A stretch of DNA of 64,000 nt from assembly GCF_009914755.1 (NCBI RefSeq), contig NC_060932.1, one strand, 5' to 3'. Position numbers and translations under genes: made by a program. This document shows, one piece after another, positions 54,430 through 64,000 of this stretch. Within the stretch, counting starts at the first letter, position 1, and each line of letters begins with the position of its first letter. The notes under the pieces are model-generated. The model was not told the DNA's origin. It did no database searches and saw only the letters and a list, made by a program, of their open reading frames with translations. This DNA comes from the human T2T-CHM13v2.0 reference genome, Homo sapiens.

Positions 54430-55340
54430 CGCTGAGGAGGACCCCAACTGTCATAAGCAACACCTGTCAATCACAGCCACCCACCTGGGGACAGATCAAG
54501 AAGCTGTCACAGATGGCGGAAGAAAACCTGAGGAAAGCTGGACAACCAGTCACAACGAGTAATTTAATGGTAGCTATGATAGCAATTTTCACCACTGCCG
54601 TGAGTATTCTTTCAATAAGGGCTGACACAGAGAACAATCATACTTATTGGGTATATTTATCAATCTTGGCTGGCAATAATGCCTGGGTGCAATCACTTTA
54701 TGACACAGTTACACATGCTTTCTGATCTCAGTACTTACCATAATAAATCTGCTCCTATAATTGAGGCATACTGCCCTCAAAAACCTATTTGTAAACAGGA
54801 TTGGACCCAGTTAGAAAAAATGAACATACTTGTTTAGGAAGATTGCATTGCAGAACAGGCAGAGGTGCTGCACAACGATTCCTACAGAATCATTATTAAT
54901 TGGAGCCCTAAGGGGATGTTTAGCTTGAATTGCACCTCTCAGTCTGCGTGCCATGACCACACTATGTTCAGCTGGTCGGAACAAAATGGTCAGATTGCAG
55001 ATATAATAAGAAGTATGGCAAGATTTCCTATTATCTGGAACCATGGCGGTATAGTGGCATCTCAACCTCAAATGATATGGCCTGCTCCAGGAGCTTAATG
55101 TAAGGATTTAAAATTAAAAGAACAAATATTTAAAGCATCCCAGGCACACCTGACCTTAATGCCAGGAACTGGAGTGCTTAAAGGAGCTGAAAATGGATAA
55201 AACACTTGGAAGCTCTGTGATTTCAATGATGATTGTGCTTTTAATCCATGTTGTTTGTCTCTGTGTAGTCTGCAGATGTGGATCCTGACTCCTGTGAAAA
55301 GTAGCTCACCGTGACAAAGCTGCCTTTGTGTTTATCAATT
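54417..55340 (+). pseudogene. HML-3 env remnant (signal peptide region intact, SU/TM largely deleted)
   Basis: PPTWGQIKKLSQMAE plus hydrophobic stretch; TM fragment KLKEQIFKASQAHL. Confidence 0.75.
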
Positions 55341-55361
55341 TGCAAGTCAGAGAAGGGGACA

Positions 55362-55874
55362 TGTTGGGAGCAGGTCCCCCAAAATCTGGCCATAAGCTGG
55401 CCCCAAAACTGGCCATAAACAAAATATCTGCAGCACTGTAACATGTTCATAATGGCCCTAACACCCAAGCTGGAAGGCTGTGTGTTTATGGTAATGAGGG
55501 CAAGGAACACCTGGCCCGCTCAGGGCAGAAAACCTCTTAAAGGCATTCTTAAGCCACAAACAATAGCACGAGCGATCTGTGCCTTAAGGACACGCTCCTG
55601 CTGCAGTTAACTAGCCCAACCTATTCCTTTAATTCTGCCCATCCCTTCGTTTCTCATAAGGGATACTTTTAGTTAATCATGTATCTATAGAAACAATGCT
55701 AATGACTGGTTTGCTGTTAATAAATACATGGGGAAATCTCTGTTTGGGGCTCTTAGCTCTGAAGGCTGTGAGACCCCTGATTTTCCACTTCACACCTCTA
55801 TATTCCTGTGTGTGTGTCTTTAATTCTTCTAGTGCCGCTGGGTTAGGGTCTCCCTGACCAAGCTGGTCTCGGCA
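55362..55874 (+). repeat. 3' LTR (MER9a-type)
   Basis: Direct repeat of the 5' LTR, ends GGTCTCGGCA, followed by TSD CATTTA. Confidence 0.92.
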
Positions 55875-56466
55875 CATTTAAATAAACTTTAACGTTCTTT
55901 TTTTTCCCCTACAAATGGTAGCATAGTATATAGGTCATGTTTATTTCCCCTTTCTCTATCACAACTTAAAATTTTCTCTTATTCTTTGTTCAATGTAATT
56001 TTTATTGGAATCTAATTTACTATTTATAATTTACCAGTGAAAAGTGCCAATCTTCAGGACATGTGGGAGACATTTTGAGAAATAGATCTACCTGGGAAGC
56101 CCACATCTGGATCAAAATAAGGAACATTTCCAATTTCCCTGGAAGTTCCTTTGTGCTTTCCCAGTAATCCTTCCAGCCATGGAGGTACTCTTGGTGCACA
56201 GGTGAGTCTTCCTGTTCCTGAGCACAAGCACACAACACCCTGGGCTTGCTCTTCTCCCTCCATGCAGTGCTAAGGCCATATGACTTGTGGGCTGCTCCTG
56301 TCCCTTATTGTGCAGTATTCTGTGGGATGAGTAGACCATAACTTATTCAACCACCTGTAATGAATTTTTAGTTGTTCTCATTTAAAAGAAACCAATAAAC
56401 TTTAATGATATATAATTTCTATACAATTAATGTCCCTTAATTGCACAATTCTATACATTTTGGCTT

Positions 56467-56840
56467 TGTGTGTATGTGGTGTGTGTGTAGTGTGTGTGGT
56501 GTGTATATGGGTATGTGTGATGTGTGTATGTGTGTGGTGTGTGTCTATTTGTAGTCTTGTATGTACATGTGCATGGTGGCTATGTGGTGTGTTTGTGTGC
56601 GGTGAGTATGTGTGCATGTGTGTGTGGTGCATATGTGTATAGTCAGTGTGTGGTGTGTGTATGGTGTATGGTGTGTGTAAGCATGGTGTGGGTGTGTATA
56701 GTGAATGCATATGTGTGTGAAGGTGTGAGGTGTGTATCATGTGTGTATGGGTAGTCAGTGTGTGGTGTGTGTGTGTGTATAGGGTGCGTGTCATGTGCAT
56801 ATGTGTATGAGGTGTGTGTGTGTATATATGTGTGGTGTGT
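56467..56840. repeat. (TG)n/(TGG)-rich low-complexity repeat
   Basis: About 370 bp of gtgt/gtgg/gtat units. Confidence 0.9.
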
Positions 56841-57929
56841 AATCTAAATACAGAACAGTTTTAGCACCCCAGAGAAGTCCTTCATTTCCTTCTCCAGTCT
56901 CTCTCAGGCCCCTACTCCTACAACCAAAGGGCAATTGCTGTTTTGAGTTCTATCATTATCCATTTGTTTTCCTTTATCTCAGATCTCACCTGACTGGAAC
57001 CCTACAGTATCCACTGTTTACAGTGTGTGGCTTTTTGGCTATGCATGAGTCAAAATGAGATTCAGCCATATTGTTGTATGTTTGTTCCTATCTATTGTTG
57101 AGTGGTGTTTTATTGTCTGGATATACTACAAAATGTACACCTCTTGGTAGACATTTGGAATGTTTCCAGTTTAGGACTATTATAGCTAAATCTGCTGTGA
57201 ACATTTGTGTACAAATCTATTTGTAGACATATGAATTTAGTCCTCCTGGATAAGTAGCTAGTCACAAAGTTACTGCATCATAGTGTGGATAAGAATGCGT
57301 GTTTATTGCATTTGTGGATATAGAAAGGCAGGTGTAGGAGATAATGTTATGGATGTAGAATAAGATTATTAAATAAATGTTGGCAAAGTGGAACAACGGT
57401 CCATAAGTTACATTATTGAATATTCTAGGTAAAAAATGTAAAAGTTAAATATACTTAGGGAAAAACCAACTGCAGGAATAGTAAATATGGACATAGTCAT
57501 TTATCCCAATAAGTATATGCGATTTTGTTGCCACAAAAGGCTAAACTGAAGGTAACCTGCTGCATGTATTCAGAGGTATGGTGTCCATGATGTGGCACAT
57601 TAGCAATACTTTTAAGGTGTTCTTCCTTCTTTAGAACATTATCTACTGTCTTACAACCAGTCTGTATGCAAGATTTTGGAAGGGAACTTAATGAATTAGA
57701 ATGCCTCCAGTGTGTGTGGACATTTTGTTTAAATAACTGGAAAATTTACATTAAAAATATTTTGTATATGTTTTCACATACTTTAAGAATTATCAAATGG
57801 AAAAAAATAATGAACTTAATCTTGCATAGATTTACAAACACCTTTGGGGAGACTGAAATAATTAAGGTTTTAAGTTCATGTAAAGAGTATATTTTCAAAA
57901 GAATTTTCAAAAGGTGGGTTGAGAGGGGA

Positions 57930-57930
<1 letters not shown>

Positions 57931-57969
<39 letters not shown>
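57931..57969. repeat. (CA)n microsatellite
   Basis: Near-perfect AC run. Confidence 0.95.
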
Positions 57970-57972
<3 letters not shown>

Positions 57973-60900
57973 CGTGAGAATGTTCTGGCTTTGTTCATGG
58001 AAGATAATGTCTGCTGTACTTCACATATTTGTATCTGGGAAAACCCCTTGGGAGAAATTTCCTGTTAGCCTTGATATTTTTCTAAATTAACAAATTTGTA
58101 CCACTAAGTCATTGCCAAATTTAGTTATTCACTCTCCATAAATTGTCACTTATCAGAAGCAGGTCTCTGGAAAGGTATGTTTTAATTTGTTAATTGGTTT
58201 GAGGCAGATAACTAAAATTGGAAGATGAGGCATTGTGAGCAAATCAGTTTTCATATATCATTTCACTTAAAGTTTAGGAAACTCTTCAAAGGGAATATTA
58301 TTATGAATAATGTGCAGGTGAGGGAATTTAGTGTACAAGATGCTAAGTAACTTCTCCAAGGTCACAAAGCAGAATTGGGACATGTTTTCATTCTGCTTTC
58401 AAACCCTCAACCTTTTCTACATCCCACTTTCCCAATATACAGCAGGGGTGAGTCACTGCCAAAGTGAGTCATATATTAATTCTTATTGTAATTTATTCCC
58501 AGTCAACTAAATTCTGTCAAGATTTAAGTTATTTCCCAAAAGAAAGTCAGGCACATTCAGCTGAAGACATTTATACATTTGTTTCTGCAGCACATTAAAT
58601 TACTCCCTTGTGACCTAAAATGGAAAGCTTTTAGTCAAATATTCAACTTCTCTCCACAGAAAGGCTGGCTGACATGTATTTTGACTACTGAACTTTACTA
58701 AAAAGAATTAATTCTGATCATATTTTTTTCCATAGTTAAATTAAGTCTTTGGGGGGGAGCTTATTTTGAACTTAAAAAATATTTTTACAGGAATAAAACC
58801 ATGTTACAAATACAAATGCACCTACCCAGAGAGGTGTTTTAGAAGTGGTGTGAAAACAATAAAAACCATTTCATTAGATTTAGTAAATTTAGCCTTTCCT
58901 ATTGTAGCCCTAATGCTAGTACAGTACATGGTTGGCTTTGATGGTTGTTCAAGGAAGATTGGATGAATAATTAATTCTTTGTACATATATCCCATTGGAA
59001 GGAATATGAGTTTTGTGTGGAAAGAATGGGCTCCCCAAACGCTTTTCTAATTTATTTTCAACTTATCAGTTGAATGCAAAGTAGGGTTTAACAAAACCAC
59101 TAGCACTTGGCTTTTCTCTCTCCTTTTCCACAAACAAGTAAACTACTCAGTGGATTTCAGCTGGAAGTCACTTCTGTGACTTCTCCCTGAGTGGTTCCCC
59201 TGAGTGGTTTGTATGAAGTAATTCATCCTTCACAAAGAGCTGGATAACAGAAAAATTTTGTAAAATAACAATTTTTGCTTTTAAATTTTGTTTTATTTGT
59301 TATTTTGTTCTGTTTACTCTTTTGAGGTATTGAGAAATCCTAAATTAATCGATGCCCATATTAAGCAGCCCAGTGATATCATGTATTCTGGGTCCATTGT
59401 TTTTTATCAGATGTTTTGTTAAAAGCTGAAAAAGACAAGCTTTTAAATACTCCAATTATGTTTTTCCCTAAAGCTAATATAATTATTGGGAATTCTTAAA
59501 AATATATGCTACTATATAATATATTTATTATGTTGGTAAATGATAAGCTGTTTAAAGTGTTCTTTTAGAATTGACAAAATATTGTCAAAAAATTTGGGAA
59601 ACAAAAAGAAAAAATATATTACTCTTAGTAATACAAGAGAGACTTTACTAAAATTTTGTTTTAATTTTCAAAGATTTTGGGTGCACATTTAATACTTTGT
59701 TGCAACAATATTGTTCAGACAAGACTGTGCTCTGCCCTATTTAGCTCTGCATCCTGAGGATTTTCCAATGTAATTAAACAATCCTCATGATCATAAACTA
59801 TAAATAATTACTTAATATTCCATCACCTGGAAAGATCCTAATGTGTTTTAATAGTCTTCTGTTTGTCAACATTTTGTTGTTCCCAAATGTTCACTGTGAC
59901 AAATAGTACTATAATAAGTATGTTTGATGATATGGAATTTAGGATTATACCATTAGAAAATAGTCTTGGAAACAAAATTGTGATGCCGAAGGGTATCAAC
60001 ATTTCAATAGCTCATGATACAAATTGTCGAAATTTCAGATATTAAAACCGAAGTTCTGTGTTCAGATAGAGTATATGAGTGAGTTCACGTAGCCACACTG
60101 CTGTCATCATGGACAGATAGTGTCTTCACTGTAGATGTTTCCTTAGTGTGTGAAAAACTACAGCACATTTTTTAAAAAATGCATTTGATTCTCAGAAAGG
60201 TTAAAGTCTTTGTTTTCATATTTAAATTACTAGAACTATTTATCATTAATGAAATGTCTGTGTATGTCCTTTGCCTATAGATTTATTGGGACTATCATTG
60301 CTTATTGACATATATGAGCCCTTTATAAAAAAAATTAATACTTTTTAGATAATAATCTTTTTGAGATCTGCAATGGGTTTCATGATTAAATGTACGTACA
60401 TGGTTTGGCCCTTTTTAAGCTTGGATTCAAATGTTAGTCTAATTTATTATTGTTGTTGTTGTGTGCAGTACATTCTCATGAATATATTTTTTAAATTTTC
60501 ACTATTGGCTCTGAAGAAGGTTTGAAAGCCCTTTGTCACAGGGTTGTTTTTAACGTTTGAATTAACTGTTAAACTGAGCAAAGATGTATTGACTATCTAC
60601 TCTGTGGCTGTCCCTAGAGGCCCCTCACTCTCCCCGTCCAATACTCTCTTGATGCTGTCTACTTTTCTCTCCCTGCACATTCCTTCCAAGCCATATTCCT
60701 AAGTCCCAAGCCTTCATGGGCTGTCTCTCTGGTGTTGGCCACAAACCAGAACCTCTGCTCTCATTTCTTCCCCAGTGTCAGACCCAGGCATGCAGTGTAC
60801 TCTGTGCCTTGGAAGTCCCGCACATACACCCACGCTGAATCGATCCTGTTGTCTTCTGCCCCCTTTAGTGCTACCTGTCCCGCTTCTGCGCTGATAGCAC

Positions 60901-62065
60901 TTCGCTGGTTTTTCAAGTGAGAAGCCTCACTTACACCTCCCTCCCCCTCATTCCCCATCCAGTCACCAGACCTGTGGTTTTTCTTCCTGCACCTGTGTCT
61001 CCCTATGCCCTCCGCCCTGCTCTAGGTCAGGCCACTGTCCACCTTTACTGGGGATATTGAGAACCTCTCAGTTGGTCTCACTACTTTCAGTATTCCCCTC
61101 TTTTAACCCCTTTCCTGATAATATAGAGAAAAATATCCTTCAAAAAAATGTACGAATCGTTAAGTCGCTGTTTCGTAAAATGCATCAAACATTTCCATTA
61201 CTTTTAGGATGAATCCCCACATCCCAGGGTGCTGCTAAAGGCCCCGTGTTCACACCATACTTCCCTCTCACATAGCTTCAACCAAAACCCCTGTCTTCAT
61301 CTGTGATACAGACAGATTGAGCAGTTCCATAAATTAACTCCTTGAGTTTGTCCTGCTCTCTCTTGCCTTTGGATTATTTCCTGTGACGTTTTTCTACCTG
61401 GACTATCCCTCCCATCTGTTCATTCCCCTAGTCTATGTTCACCTGGCTAATGCATACTCTGTACTGAATTTCAGCTTAGATATTCCTTCTGTGGGCTGTC
61501 TTTTCCTAGCCCATAGCTGTACTTGTCACTGCTTTACTTATTTTCCCCCATCACTAGATCAGAGACCCTTGGCAACAGAAACAGTGTTGTTCTGTCCTTA
61601 CATGCCCAGTGGCTAGCCAATGTCTGCAACATGGTATGGTCTGAATAAATGCCCATTGATTGAACAATGAATGGGGCTGAAGTGCAATGCAGTGTTCTCA
61701 CTGGGGGTACTGTCCCAGGAACCCTAACAATAAGAGTGTCCCTGATTTTTTTGTGAGTTGCTTCTTCCTGTACTTCAAGTGTACCATTGAAAGCTGATGT
61801 TAACAAAAATCACAAATCGTAGATGCTAATTTAGTAGTTTCAAGTTATAAGTAGTCATGTATAGTGTCCAACAGGAGCACTTTAATACACACTGAGCATC
61901 TGACATCTCACCTATGTATCTGTCTTGTGTTAGACTCTGTGAGGATGCAAAGTTAACCAAGATTGGTCCCCTGGGCTCTGTCAAGTCAGTCTCCATTTAG
62001 TGGAAAAATGCAAATGATAGGGACTCTACCTGAAGGCAATTTGCTAATATCACTGAGTTCATAAG

Positions 62066-63126
<1,061 letters not shown>

Positions 63127-63166
63127 TAGTTTCTACATTGTTTGGTCAAGGAAATGGAAGTAATAG

Positions 63167-63682
63167 TGAAGCAGGCTCACTGTGCACTGGTCATCCACAT
63201 CTCAGTCTGGTAAGACAGATCATGCATGCAGTAAGTTATATCAGGAGGGTTTATTACTTACAGATAGGCAGTGAGGGACAACAGAAGCCTAGGATCCATG
63301 TTGAGCTGGTCCCCAGGCTCAAGAAAGCTGCTTAGGGTAGATGAAGCCTGACTGTGCATGTCCCACTTGCACCACAGCTGAGGAACACTGAAAGGCAGCT
63401 TGCCCTGGGTTCTTTACCTCAAGGGAAATGTGACTTGCTGGGCAAAGCTTTAAAGGACACCCTACTTCCAGGGAATAGAGGAGCAAGGCAAGGACAGTCT
63501 TGGGCAGTTCCTTCCTAATTCAAGATGGTACATGCCCCAGGAGGGACAGGAGCAAGGCTCAGGACCCTCCCTGCCTCAGGACACTGTATTCCCAGCACAT
63601 TCTACAGTTTTTCTCGAGAACTACAAGCAAGAAATGGGAGAGAAGCAGGTTACTTCAGGGGTACCTGAAGAACTGCCTTGCA
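63167..63682. mobile_element. Solo LTR, ERVL-type (MER54/MER74/LTR53 group, tentative)
   Basis: Begins TG, ends CA, 516 bp, perfect 5-bp TSD AATAG at 63162-63166 and 63683-63687. Confidence 0.7.
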
Positions 63683-64000
63683 AATAGAAGTAACTGTGTA
63701 TGGTAAAAACTGTTTACCATAGAGTTTTTATGTGTTTATATGTGTTTAATCTCACCTTCCAAACCAGTTTCCATGGAAACCAAACAAAAAATAAGAAAAT
63801 ATCTATTATATATTCAACTGCTTTCAATGGACATAAATTCATATTTTTATTTTATTTCAATTAGACACCTAATATCTTGACTATGAAAAAGCATTTTGAA
63901 CCAGATATAGATGCTGAAATATACTAAAAGTTTTCCATCTTCAACCATCATTTGCTAAATTCATTCATTCACTTAACTTTTTTTTTTTTTATTATTTTGT

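Larger units (their letters stand above)
50159..55874 (+). mobile_element. HERV-K(HML-3)/HERVK9 provirus with MER9 LTRs, internally deleted (about 5.7 kb)
   Basis: TG...CA LTRs at 50159-50670 and 55362-55874; 6-bp TSD CATTTA (50153-50158, 55875-55880); degenerate Lys-type PBS at about 50673; PPT at about 55349-55361. Confidence 0.92.

Overview
Hominoid (very likely human chr8q11) genomic DNA carrying the complete SNAI2/SLUG gene on the minus strand: 3 coding exons (9135-9057, 8311-7766, 6858-6677; 268 aa), a CpG-island promoter and a miRNA-site-rich 3' UTR. About 54 kb of gene-poor, repeat-rich upstream sequence follows. Downstream of SNAI2 is a processed pseudogene of EPB41L5 that appears to copy an unusual isoform spliced into an L1M/AluJ terminal exon; it was inserted into the A-rich linker of an AluS and split it. 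Upstream are two full-length antisense L1PA elements (one interrupted by a 5'-inverted L1PA2), an internally deleted HERV-K(HML-3)/MER9 provirus with both LTRs, a MADE1 MITE, Tigger3a, MaLR/ERVL LTRs, MIR/L2 relics and simple repeats. No prokaryote-type systems are present. The most novel-looking signals are the nested retrocopy, rearrangements at one site in all three L1PA copies, and candidate SNAI2 enhancer motif clusters. Family and subfamily calls come from recalled consensus sequences, not from a database search.
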